Source: Spongospora subterranea f. sp. subterranea (Eukaryota). From it: DNA of 64,000 bases. The notes beneath the pieces were generated by a model. It saw only the letters and a list, made by a program, of their open reading frames with translations. It did no database searches and had not been told where the DNA came from. A program made the position numbers and the translations under genes. Location of the stretch: positions 186,001 to 250,000 of the forward strand of contig JAUGWO010000064.1 of NCBI GenBank assembly GCA_049724395.1, given 5' to 3'. Shown here piece by piece: positions 52,131 through 64,000 of the stretch (positions are counted from its first letter, which is position 1; each line of letters starts with the position of its first letter).

Positions 52131-53481
52131 TCTTGATCCTCTCCTCGAAGACCGCCTTATCGTTTATAGTCACCAAATCCCAGAACCACTGAAATTGAGA
52201 CACAAACCGCTGATGGAGACCGTTTAACGTTTTCTGAATCATCTGCTGTTGATGGTGGCCATTTGTCAGAAACCTGATCAATCTCATCAAGGAAGACGTA
52301 GTACTTTGCGGTGGGTGGACCCTTGTCCAGACGCGCAACGCAATGGCTTTTTAATGATGACGCTGTGAACTCGAAGGTCCCTTGTAAATAATGCCGATGG
52401 ATCCTCTCAATGCGTTTGAACATGACGAATCGTCACTATTTTATGACGGTGCAATGGAACAATCTCTGTCGGCATGCTCTTGCAAATGATCTTTATTGGT
52501 TGACGGAGTCGCGATTGAAGAATTGTGGGAAACATCATCGGAGACGGTTCGAATGCGTGAGTTTTGACCCAGCTGGGAGTTGAATGGCAGAATGAACAAA
52601 CAAAGGATTTTGAGTGAAATCTGCAACTTGAGTATGCGATTGCCATACAATGGTACGTTGTTCCTGGTCAGAGAGCAGGGCAAGTCGTTTTCAAAATCGT
52701 GTCATCAATTCAATGTAAAACCTGGGAATCCGAGAACGGATTGGTGACCATTGATCTAGGCGGAAATTGCCCTGGGTTTAATACTAGAGAGATGTGCTGT
52801 CAGGATCCATTTCAATTGCCATACTGTACCGACCGAGAAACTTTACCAGCCGGTCACGAAAAAAAAGCTTTATCGAGACTGTGCAATGAGGTTTTTCAAA
52901 TACACAGCCCCCATTGAGACACACAGCGCCTTCAAAAAGGTAAAATATTTTAGGAGGATCCGCCTAGGCCTGTAAAGTTATAATCGCGTATAGAGTGGCC
53001 AGCATCAATCAGATTCTCTAAACACATCATCAATTTTATTGTGTTGGATACGAGATTACAATATCCGCGAGGATTGGAATTCTCCATCACGTACAGAAAT
53101 TAACAGATACATTCCCCTCTCCGGCAATGTGTTCAATCGCGAAAGTTAGTGATCAGTTTGAGATGGCGCCGCTTCAAACGATCATTTCAGGTACGGCTAT
53201 CGTGGAGAGGGTCGGGCGGGAGATCAAAGAATGAATACGATATTGTGGTCCACCAAAATTACACGAACATGGTATATCGATTATAGAGTAATGAAGCCTA
53301 GTTGAGCGTCTTCGACATGGGTGTGGCTTGTGGTTAATTGTCAGGATGAGAGGGAACTTACTGGAATTATTCGACTAATTTGAGGCCGATGGCGGATAGT
53401 ATGTGATAGGAACCTTCGCTATACGTTGCTCAGCATTCTGCCCCACAACAATGGTAGTGTGAGGTTGGGATGACCCGACTC

Positions 53482-54082
53482 ACTATCCCTCTTGATTTGA
53501 TTGTCAAGTTGTTCGTGCAGATGAGACCCCCCAATACTTCACGAATAATCAGGCACCCCGATGCCTTAATGGTTATTGACCCAACACATTAGCTCGGACC
53601 GAAACCGTTCTCACAGGGAATATTCTCATTAAGAATTGATTGGTCATCATGACGTGATATCAATCTGATACTTCTCTAAAGTTTTCCTCATAATTTGACT
53701 CGCATTCACAAAAACATTGTTGTGAACTGCCCTTCGAAGCTGGCGTTGCGGTCTGATACACGAATTTGCAACGGGGGCTCTAATGTTTGAGATGATCATT
53801 TTCCAAAAATCCAGCTTTGAAGGCCATACAGAACTGTTTCGGCCTTCGGGTATTTCATTCTTATGCGAATGAGCAGGATTATCGAGTCAGCCCTGATCTT
53901 CAATTTTTCAATTGGCTCATTGGCATCGCTAGATAAGCGGCGACGTTAGATGTCACAAATCTGTATTTTGCAGGTACAATGCTGTTGAATGTGGAGGAAT
54001 CCATGATGAGATCTTTTGAGGTTCCTGCACCCAAGATGGACATCAGACCAAAGCAGAATAAACACTAGAAAGGGCAACAGAT
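53482..54082. repeat. Diverged direct duplicate of 50287-51040
   Basis: Shared text TTGTTCGTGCAGATGAGACCCCCCAATACTT ... AGAAAGGGCAACAGATC. The copy at 50 kb has an extra segment of roughly 160 bp (~50480-50638). Confidence 0.9.
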
Positions 54083-57000
54083 CAGAACGAAACCCACCAT
54101 GTGCCATTAAAATACAGCGAACAGTTTATTTTCGGTGGAATAGGCAATAGCAATCCCAAACAAAACAATACAAGAGCACAACAGGTTGCATCCAGCGAAA
54201 CGCGAGAAGAAGAACGGTAATGCAACAAATGGTTATGGGCATCTTTAATATTTGTCTCATTTGGGACACCACGAATTGCCAAAGGGACACTAAAAATGCA
54301 TATTAACGGACGCTCATGGATATTGCGCATGGTGGATATTCAGGTTATGTGTTGTTGGCGATAAAACCTTAAGGGTTCTCCACATCGTACCTATTCAGAT
54401 CATACCCGATAACCTGGATCAGTTTTTTGTTAAAGGGCCGTGTGTGTGCTTCGCTTGGGGATTATAGACGTCGATCATCGCATTGATAGCTTGACGACAC
54501 GGTGATGGGGATTCGACTTCTCATTTCTCCAAATTCAAATAAAATCGAATCAATTTTCATTGTCAACAAGCCCCATATGCTGTTAATTACAGAACAGGTG
54601 TTTCAATATGAAGTTATTGGAGCTTCTTTGAAATCGTTTGTTCTGATATATGCACCCGAATTGTTCTGATATTTGCACCCGAATAGTTCATTGGCTTGGT
54701 TGATTCTGTTTTATCGGCCATAGACCGCTCTTTGTATTAGGTCAACAGTGACTCAGCGATCTGTCAAAACGTCGAACATCGCTGCTCGGATGAACTGATT
54801 TTTAGGTGTGTCGAGCCCGGATATCCCGATGCCTGCGTTGACAGCGTTCAAGGAATGACATGGATTTGTTGATCAATTTATAGTGGAATGGATAGATCGC
54901 CTCTGGAACCCCCAAGATTTCATCTATGTTAGGATCTCGCCGAATGGAAAGAGACGATTGAAGTGGCAACAGCGAATGTGTATTAGGAGTAACACTGAGT
55001 CAGATGATTATGTCAAATCATCTGACAGCCAAACGTCCAGGAAGCAATGATGATTCACACCGGAAAAGCGATATCTTGACATTACCCCCCTCCTATAGAC
55101 AAGCGGATGCCAGACGCTTGACCAGGAATCATATGGATAACCTTAGGGACAGCTGCATCCTCGGGGCGAACGTGACGCGGCGCTGGGTCGAAGGCATCAG
55201 GAGAGAGGACGGATGGTTCAACTTGATCAGGGACATCTTGAGAGATTGTGGAAGCGGCTCCCAAGAACGGTCGGAGGGACCGTAACCAGTCCAATCGATC
55301 AAATATTGTAGCTTCCGCCGAAAATATCGTGAGTCCAGAATGGCTTTCACCTGGTAATGAGGATTTGTCGGCTGAAGCTTAGTTGCGACCCGGAAAAGGG
55401 TTTGCCATGAATGGGGAGATCAGGGAGACATGGAATACCGCATGGACTCTCATTGACCCTGGAAGAAGGAGGTCAACTGCAGAGTCATCGATAAGCCGAC
55501 GGATGGGAAAGGGACCAAGCCAGCGCGAACCGAGTTTTTGGCAAGGTCGAGCCGTCCGAATATTGGCTGCGGGAAGCCAGACTTGTTGACCGACGACGTA
55601 CGATGTAGGAAACTGAGCGGGAACGACCAGCGAAATGCTTGTACGTTGCCTGAGCCGATTTCAACTTCTGTCGTAGCCATTGATGTAAATCCTTGACGTT
55701 GGATATGTAGGATTCGGCGCGAGGAACTTGAGAGGTGGTGGGGACCGACGGGTCGAAACATGGATGGTAGCCCTACAAGGCGAAGAAGGGGGAGACACCC
55801 AGGGCGGTATGGACGGAATATTGTAGGAAAACTTGGCTTGAGGGAGCAACGACGTCCAATTACCCTAGTGAAAAACAGCGAAGGTATTGCTGCACGATCT
55901 GATTGCAACGCTCCGCCTGACCATATCTCTGAAAATGATAGCCCGAGGTCAGGGATACGTCCACTGCATCGAGAAGTTCGCGCGTGCGTTTCCAGAATTT
56001 GGAAATACATTGTGGACCACGTTCTGATATTATCTGTTCGGGACATCCGTGTAGGCGAATTACATGATCGAACAGAAGTAGGGCCGTGGTTTCGGCAGTA
56101 GGAGGGCCAGAACAAGCCACGAAGTGAACCATCTTTGTAAAACGGTCAACAATTGTAAGAGAGGAAGGTCCGTAATAAAATCGATGCCGATAGAGGCGAA
56201 CGGTCGATCGGGAATACCAAATGGTTTCAGCAATCCTGCCGGTTGCTTTCGCGAGTCCTTGGCGCGGGAACAGATCTCACAAGAGCTGATGAACGATGCA
56301 ACGGAGCTGTTGAGCTTGGGCCACCAGTAATGTCGAGCGATGGGGGCGGCTGTGCGGGCCCTGCCAAAATGACCACCGACAGGGGAGTCGTGGCACCTCT
56401 GGAGTATGATTAGTCGTAGTTGATCTGTATCTGGGACATAAATACGGTGACTGTAGAGGAGGACGCCGCCAGAGAGTGACATCTTGGTGCCGAGCAATTG
56501 GGAATTGGCGATGAAAGGCTTGGCGAAGTCGTCCTTCAACGTGTCAGTCCGGATGCGCTCGTAAAGCGAGATATCGAGCTGGACTTGTGGAGAACAGACG
56601 AGCGAGGGAAGTTATCTTCTGAAAACAAGTGCGGCTCGACCTGAGATATCGGTGTCGGAGATGATCGTAAGTCGCAACGGCGGGATAGCGCATCAGCTTT
56701 GGTGTTCCGATCGCCAGACCGGTAGTGAAATCGGAATTGAAAACGACTGAAGAATTGGGCCCAGCGTGTTTGACGGTTCGATAAGGTTTTCATAGTGAAA
56801 AAGTACTTTGAGGCTCTCATGATCGGTGTAAACTACGACAGTATGTGCTGCTGCACCTTCAAGGAACTGCCGCCACTCTTGAAACGCTGACTTAATCGCG
56901 AGCAACTCTTTATCCCTGGTATCGACTCTCGATTCTGCGTTCTTCAATGTTCTTTAATAGAAACAGCAAGGGTGGAATCGGCCCAGATGATCGTGTTGTG

Positions 57001-57399
57001 AAAGAATCGCCCCGATCGCGAATCCAGATGCGTCGGTTTCCGCTATGAACGGCAGGGTGGACGAGAATTGGAGCGAAGGGGAAAGCGTCCTTCAGCTTCT
57101 CGAATGCGCTTTGCGTGTCGTCGTTCCATTCAAACCGAATACCTTTACGGATTAATCGGGTGAGCGGGCTCGTGACCTTCGAGGAATTGTCCACGAACCG
57201 GCGGTAAGAGTTGGCGAACCCAAGAAATCACTGGATCTCTTTGACGGAACGAGGAGCCGGCCAATCAAGCACCGCTCGCACTTTGGATTTGTCCATCGAG
57301 ATGCCAGCTGGGGAGATGATGTGGCCAAGGAATTCTGTAGAGTGAACGCTGAATTCGCACTTCTTCAGTTTGGCACAGAGGGAGTAATCTCGCAGGATC

Positions 57400-57483
57400 T
57401 GTAACACCATGCGAACGTGATCGTGATGGGTTTGTGGGGACTGTAACACCTTGCGAACGTGATCGCGATGGGTTTGTGGGGAC
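57400..57483. repeat. 42-bp tandem duplication inside RT
   Basis: TGTAACACC(A/T)TGCGAACGTGATCG(T/C)GATGGGTTTGTGGGGAC occurs twice. Confidence 0.9.
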
Positions 57484-57549
57484 TCGGAATATATCAGAAT
57501 GTCGTCTAGATAAATAACGACGAAATCGTTCAGATATTCTTTTGAAAAA

Positions 57550-59412
57550 GGGACTCGGATGGAACCGGGAAGTGAAGGGACTCGGATGGGACCGGGAAGT
57601 GAAGGGACTCGGATGGGACCGGGAAGTGAAGGGACTCGGATAGAACCGGGAAGTGAAGGGACTCGGATGGAACCGGGAAGTGAAGGGACTCGGATAGAAC
57701 CGGGAAGTGAAGGGACTCGGATGGGACCGGGAAGTGAAGGGACTCGGATAGAACCGGGAAGTGAAGGGACTCGGATGGAACCGGGAAGTGAAGGGACTCG
57801 GATAGAACCGGGAAGTGAAGGGACTCGGATCGGAGAACCGGGAAGTGAAGGGACTCGGATAGAACCGGGAAGTGAAGGGACTCGGATAGAACCGGAAAGT
57901 GAAGGGACTCGGATAGAACCGGGAAGTGAAGGGACTCGGATAGAACCGGGAAGTGAAGGGACTCGGATAGAACCGGATATCTGAAGTGAAGGGACTCGGA
58001 TGGAACCGGGAAGTGAAGGGACTCGGATAGAACCGGGAAGTGAAGGGACTCGGATAGAACCGGGAAGTGAAGGGACTCTAGAACCGGGAAGTGGATAGAA
58101 CCGGGAAGTGAAGGGACTCGGATAGAACCGGAAAGTGAAGGGACTCGGATAGAACCGGGAGGTGAAGGGACTCGGATAGAACCGGGAAGTGAAGGGACTC
58201 GGATAGAACCGGGAAGTGAAGGGACTCGGATGGAACCGGGAGGTGAAGGGACTTGGATAGAACCGGGAAGTGAAGGGACTCGGATAGAACCGGGAAGTGA
58301 AGGGACTCGGATAGAACCGGGAAGTGAGGGAGGGAACGGGAAGTGAAGGGACTCGGATAGAACCGGGAAGTGAAGGGACTCGGATAGAACCGGGAAGTGA
58401 AGGGACCGGATAGAACCGGGAAGTGAAGGGACTCGGATAGAACCGGGAAGTGAAGGGACTCGGATAGAACCGGGAAGTGAAGGGACTCGGATGGAACCGG
58501 GAAGTGAGGGACTCGGATAGAACCGGGAAGTGAAGGGGACCGGGAAGTGAAGGGACTCGGATAGAACCGGGAAGTGAAGGGACTCGGATAGAACCGGGAA
58601 GTGAAGGGACTCGGGAACCGGGAGGTGAAGGGACTCGGATAGAACCGGGAAGTGAAGGGACTTGGATAGAACCGGGAAGTGAAGGGACTCGGACTAGAAC
58701 CGGGAAGTGAAGGGACTCGGATGGGACCGGGAAGTGAAGGGACTCGGATAGAACCGGGAAGTGAAGGGACTCGGATAGAACCGGGAAGTGAAGGGACTCG
58801 GATAGAACCGGGAAGTGAAGGGACTCGGATAGAACCGGGAAGTGAAGGGACTCGGATAGAACCGGAAAGTGAAGGGACTCGGATAGAACCGGGAGGTGAA
58901 GGGACTCGGATAGAACCGGAAAGTGAAGGGACTCGGATGGGACCGGGAAGTGAAGGGACTCGGATAGAACCGGGAAGTGAAGGGACTCGGATAGAACCGG
59001 GCAGTGAAGGGACTCGGATAGAACCGGGAAGTGAAGGGACTCGGATGGGACCGGATAGAACCGGGAAGTGAAGGGACTCGGATAGAACCGGGAAGTGAAG
59101 GGACTCGGATGAACTTGGAAGTGAAGGGACTCGGATGGAACCGGGAAGTGAAGGGACTCGGATAGAACCGGGAAGTGAAGGGACTCGGATAGAACCGGGA
59201 AGTGAAGGGACTCGGATAGAACCGGGAAGTGAAGGGACTCGGATAGAACCGGGAAGTGAAGGGACTCGGATAGAACCGGGAAGTGAAGGGACTCGGATAG
59301 AACCGGGAAGTGAAGGGACTCGGATGGAACCGGGAAGTGAAGGGACTCGGATAGAACCGGGAAGTGAAGGGACTCGGATGGAACCGGGAAGTGAAGGGAC
59401 TCGGATGGGAAC
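57550..59412. repeat. 27-bp tandem array, roughly 65-70 copies (GAAGGGACTCGGATAGAACCGGGAAGT)
   Basis: Directly visible. Variant units ATGG, GGAA and GGGA plus occasional deletions. Translates as (PGSIRVPSL)n on minus and (EPGSEGTRI)n on plus. Confidence 0.99.
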
Positions 59413-59498
59413 GGAAACTGGAGAAGATCGGATGGGACAGGGGGAGGGGTTTGGAGATTGAGATGTACCCGCCGCGCCTAGTGGCGACAGGGTGGCCC

Positions 59499-59505
59499 GT
59501 TTCCC
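59499..59505 (-). promoter_or_regulatory. Putative -1 ribosomal frameshift slippery site G GGA AAC with downstream stem-loop
   Basis: Minus strand TCG GGA AAC GGG CCA CCC TGT CGC CAC TAG at the end of gag. After a 5-nt spacer, ACCCTGTCGC can pair with GCGGCGGGT. The -1 frame is open (ORF 58078-59565). Confidence 0.7.
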
Positions 59506-60149
59506 GACCGGGCTGGTCGGATGGGACACGACGGCAGCTGATGTTCTCCACCACAGTATAGGCATAACCCATTCTCGCGGCGACGGTTTTTTTCCTCGTC
59601 AGTCAAACTTCCGTTGTGGTGCCGAGACTCGCGTAATATGGCGGTATCGATGATCATAGGTACTGGTGTTGCGTCGTGATGTTGGGTTGCTGGCACGAAA
59701 AGGGAGGTCGTCGATGCGAAAAATGGCCAGCGCGTACTCGTCACTTCAGGTCGCGTTCCCGTAGTCGTATGTCGATTGCGATACATTTTGCGATGAACGC
59801 GTCCAATTCCTCGGCAGCCTCCACATGTGTGAGTTCGTCGAGAATAACATCGGTGAGGCCCGCGCGGAACCAGTGTGCCTGAGACCGCGAATCAAAATCG
59901 GTGTCGATGGCGATCTCTCTGAATTCCGCGGCGTAGATGGCCACTGATCGGCTTGATTGTCGGAACGTTGAGAGGTTCGTTGCTGCGGTGCGCGTCTGGT
60001 TGGGGTCCCCGAATATTCCCACTAGAGCCCGCTCGAATGCTTGCCAGTTGTTCAGTATGGCGTCATGGGTTTCCAGATATGGAGTTACCCAATCAATCTA
60101 GAACCGCGTCCTTCAAGAGCGATGATACAAAGCCCACTTTGGCTTGATA

Positions 60150-63100
60150 TCTACACGACAACTTAATAAACCACTAGCACGTGGAATCCAATTGAGGTTT
60201 CCCTCAGTTGGATCAATGTCGTTCAAGCTAATACGCACGTAATCGTTGCTTGTTCTATAACAGTTTGATCCAACCTGCACAACCTCGCCCCCTCGTTATG
60301 ACCGGCGCGAAGAGCAGACCACTGACCAGGGCGTGGTCCAAACCCACCTCACCCATGGCCATGTCTCCGAAGGAATCGACACTCAAACCAAACGATCAAA
60401 CATTACAAGCCTTTCAACTGCAGGCTGCACTGCTTGAACTGAGAATGCTTCACGATTCACAAGGTCAGACGAAATTTGATGGGGGGCAACTTATTCCCAG
60501 ACCCCCCCCTGATTTCGATGGGAATTCAATCGAATTGTCCATCTGGCTATGCCAAATGGAAAACTTCCTCACCGTGCACAGTAATACCTTCTCAACGGGC
60601 CGCTCAAAGGTGGCATTGTACCTCTCCCTTTTGCAGGGTGACGAATTGTTCTGGGCGACACCATTTCAAGAAGAACGAAGCATCAATCGAAGATGAGACA
60701 CATTTCCTACACCATCTAAGGAACATGTTTGAAGACTCTTTCAAAAGCAAGAACGCCAGTGGTGGCCTTCGAGGACTTCACCACGCCCGCTTGATCAGTA
60801 CTTTTATGTGGTTATTCTAACAAGTTCCGAAATCTAGCCAAAGACGCTGATTGGCCGGAAAAATTATTGATCGATGAATACAGGGAAGGGTTGCCCGATA
60901 GAATTGACACTGTGCTGACAACACTAGAAGGGACAGGCCTGACGTTCGTGTCGCTTGACGAAGTAATCCGAAAAGCTTCAGAATTCGATGCTCACCTAAC
61001 CTCACGACGGAAAGCTCAACAACATTTCACAGAAGTTACTACAGAAAAACACCCACTAAACAACAGTAACAGTTCAAACTACTCGTCGTTAAACATGGTG
61101 CCATGTGAGTTCAATGTAGCCGGCCACACTATCAATCAGGAAGTTTTTGATTGATACGGGAGCGGGCTCTTGTTTCATGAGCTTCCCATTTGCCAATCGA
61201 CACTCAATACCCTGGAAAACAAACGATCGACCCCGGCGTTTGACGGATTTGCAACAACAACGACTACTCATCGTACTGGACCGATTCCATTCCGCACCGG
61301 GGACCACTGGTGCTCTGTTGATCTCGTACCTCAGATATCGTATGATGTCTATCTTAGGTTTTAACTGGTTGGCAAAGCACAACCCCCGCACCGATTGGCG
61401 ATCTGTCCAAATTCAAGTCGGGAACTGCAAAAAAGAAAGAAATCCCAAACCCTCAGACAGCCGTGATGCTAATAACGGTCGAGACAAATATTCCACAAGC
61501 GTGTATACCAACCGGATCAACAGATACAGTTCGACTTCCACCAGAGTTAAAGGATTTCGCAGAGGTATTCATGAAGAAAAACGCAGACCAGTTTCCCGCT
61601 CACGCGCTTACGACTTGTCCCATTGACCTTATGCTAGCACACCACCTTTTGGCCCGATCTACCTATTATCCAAACCAGAACGAGAGGGTCTCCACAATTA
61701 CATTTCCGAGAATTTGACAAAAGGGTTTATTCGCAAATCAAAGTCCTCTTGCAGTTCTCCAGTCATGTATGGAACACTGAGGCTGTGCGATGACTACCGT
61801 CGCCTCAACGCAATGACAAAGAAAAACAGATATCCATTACCTCGAATCGACTTCATCCTACACCAGGCCAGTCGAGGAAAAATCTTTTCAAAAATTGACC
61901 TACGATGCGCGAATAATTTAGTGAGAAGTAAGGCAGGAGACGAATGGAAGACCGCATTTCGCACACAGTATGGGCTCTACGAATATCTACCGTCTTCCCC
62001 GAATTCAACGCTTAGGCGTTGAATTATGGGTTTACGGTACCAACTTTGAGCGCACAGCTTCCAAATCGTGGTACTCGAATATAACACTAGGCGCTTTATT
62101 CGAGTCCTACAATGGTTGGGAATTCTGTTACGGCGTTGACAACGAACCCGAATACAGCGCCTAGGCGTTGTATTCAAATAGGCGTTGTATTCGGGTTTTA
62201 CATGCAACTTCCTAATTGTGCGGATTTTGAGTAAACTCGAATAGAACGCCTAGGCGCACTACTCGGGGGAAGACGGTAGTATGCCATTTGGCTTGGCGAA
62301 TGCCCCAGCCGTATTCCAACGCTTTATGGACGAAACATTTGCCGAATGCGTTGGAGAGTTCGTCATCGCTTATCTTGACGATATAATTATCTACTCGGAA
62401 ACTGAAGCTGATCACGCACACCACACTCGGTTGAAACTACTAAGGAAACAGGGAGTATTCGCTAAACTCGAAAACTGTAAAATCTACCAGCAAAGAATCC
62501 ACTTCCTGGGATACGTACTGTCGCACGAATTCTTGGAAATGGATAAGGATCGAGTGCCTGCAGTTCTGGCTTGGCCCATACCACGATCAGTCAAGCAAGT
62601 TCAGTCATTCCTGGGATTCGCCATTTTTATCGCAACTTTCTTCATAACTTTTCAACAATTACTTTACCGCTACATTCGCCATGCAAAAAGGATGTAGATT
62701 TTGTTTGGACGCAGCAGTCTCAAATGGCGTTTTCGTCACTTAAACAGGCATTTCATCCTCATCCGTGTTGGCGAATTTCGACCCCTTGCTACCCATCATT
62801 GTGGAAGCAGACGCGTCGGATATCGCAATAGGAGCGATACTATCCCAAACCCACCCTGACGGAGATCGACCAGTGGCGTTTTATTCCAGAAACCTTGCAC
62901 CAGCCGAGTTAAACTATCAAATTTATGACAAGGAGTTGTTAGCAATCGTTGCTGCATTCGAACAGTGGAGACATTTTCTGAGTGGCGCTCAACACACTAT
63001 CACCATATTTAGCGATCACAAAAACCTACTTTGGTTCATGTCGTCCAAGGTTTTCAAAAGACGACAAGCCAGATGGTCACTTTACCTCGCAGAATTCGAT

Positions 63101-63750
63101 TTCAACATCTGCCACCGCTCGGGATCGCTGTCACAAAAACCAGACTCTCTATCAAGGCGACCGGACCTGATTTCCCCAAAACGTCAGAAATCGGACCAGC
63201 CACTTCCAGCACACGTGTTCATTAACAGCATGCAACTAGCACCCTTTCAACCGACACCCACCAACGTCAGCCCATCAGACCTGATCCACGAACTGAGCAG
63301 CTGAATATGCCCGTATCCGACTAAAATTCTTCACTCGCCAAGGAGAAAACGTGTTCTTCAAAAATCGGAAATTCGTACGGAATGAGGAAAAGCATATTAC
63401 AGCAACGACACGACTCGCCATTGGCAGCACATTTCGGCATCTCAAAAACATACCAATTGATTAAACGAGACTTCTGGTGGCCAAAACTTTCTCAAACCGT
63501 AAGCCAATTTGTCAGATCATGCGACACCTGTTGCAGAAGCAAAGCTCCTCGGCAAGAACCAGCGGGTCTGCTACAACCCTTACCCATTCCGGTCAGCACC
63601 CTTGTCGTCGATATCGATGGACTTCATCGTAAAACTTCCGAAATCTATGGGGTATGATTCAGTCCTGGTCGTTGTTGATCGCCTCACAAAGATGTCCCAC
63701 TTCATTCCCTGAAATGAAACGTGCACCAGCAAAGACTTGGCGAACCTGAT
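60150..63750 (+). mobile_element. Degenerate Tf1/sushi-like Ty3/gypsy retrotransposon (partial 5' LTR, gag, protease, RT, RNase H, truncated integrase)
   Basis: LTR end ..ATAACA at 60262; PPPDFDGNS gag; [73 protein letters not shown]. Many frameshifts. Confidence 0.92.
61990..62276. mobile_element. MITE of Tc1/pogo type (TA target duplication) inserted in RT
   Basis: TA|CCGTCTTCCCCGA...TCGGGGGAAGACGG|TA; repeated CGC(C/T)TAGGCG subterminal motif; splits the YEYL/VMPFGL RT motif. Confidence 0.88.
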
Positions 63751-64000
63751 ACTAAGCCTAACACTAATATGGAACTAACACTAATACTAGGATGTCATTA
63801 TTAGTGTTATTAGAACTTATAATCATTGTACGTTTCGTTCATTCCTCAACTACACACGTCGGCGGATTGATAATTGAACGAGTCTCCAGACCCTCAAGTA
63901 AACCAACTTACACCAACTTAATCCCACTTGACCTTACTCTCAGACTGCTTTCTAGTGTCCCGTTATATTTCATTAGAACAGTGTGGAACAGTTGCAAAGT

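Larger units (their letters stand above)
54927..60150 (-). mobile_element. Chromovirus (Ty3/gypsy with chromodomain), 5'-truncated, protease and N-terminal RT replaced by a tandem array
   Basis: Gag with CLYCGGEHQLPSC; RT VVIYLDDILIYS; RNase H DKELLAI..TDH; integrase HDSPVGGH..CEIC, DFITDLP; GPFP; chromodomain [45 protein letters not shown]; probable 3' LTR 54927-55081 (TG..CA). Confidence 0.93.

Noticed and set aside
50287..54082. Pair of LTRs bounding an element
   Set aside because: The repeats lack TG..CA ends, PBS and PPT, and appear to derive from internal retroelement sequence.
54640..54690. 23-bp tandem duplication
   Set aside because: Only two copies and no context suggesting function.
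57550..59412. CRISPR array or a real repeat protein (EPGSEGTRI)n on the plus strand
   Set aside because: Units are contiguous with no unique spacers and there are no cas genes. Plus-strand ORFs are a by-product of a stop-free 27-bp unit.
57550..59412. Telomeric repeat
   Set aside because: The 27-bp unit is internal to a retroelement and does not resemble short TTAGGG-type repeats.
63755..64000. Possible terminus of another transposon (repeated CTAACACTAATA)
   Set aside because: Truncated by the window end; no partner terminus visible.

Overview
Eukaryotic nuclear DNA from a compact, intron-rich genome with short (about 45-65 nt) GT-AG introns and very short intergenic gaps. The gene content suggests a flagellated protist, possibly a phytomyxid/rhizarian plant parasite; this is inference, not proven. 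The window has three parts. (1) 1-5.4 kb holds decayed ankyrin, hAT and pogo remnants. (2) 5.4-35.8 kb is gene-dense: ZNHIT2, glucose-6-phosphate isomerase, SFSWAP-like splicing factor, ECD/SGT1, proteasome beta-1, a Harbinger/ISL2EU transposase relic, a secreted Cys-rich protein, an AN1 zinc-finger protein, a RasGAP, gamma-tubulin, CK2-beta and a CatSper2-like channel. (3) 36-64 kb is a transposon graveyard with no recognisable host gene: pogo and MULE remnants, a cluster of long fold-back palindromes, and several Ty3/gypsy elements. The most notable points are a CatSper2-like sperm-type Ca2+ channel subunit, an intron-containing DD35D pogo family with N-terminal SHOCT-like and C2H2 domains, a chromovirus whose putative -1 frameshift (GGGAAAC) leads into a roughly 1.9 kb 27-bp tandem array, a gypsy element with about 105-bp LTRs, and a candidate self-priming PBS. 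Single-base frameshifts in two essential genes indicate residual assembly indel errors, so apparent decay should be read cautiously. Exon boundaries were read by eye and are approximate.
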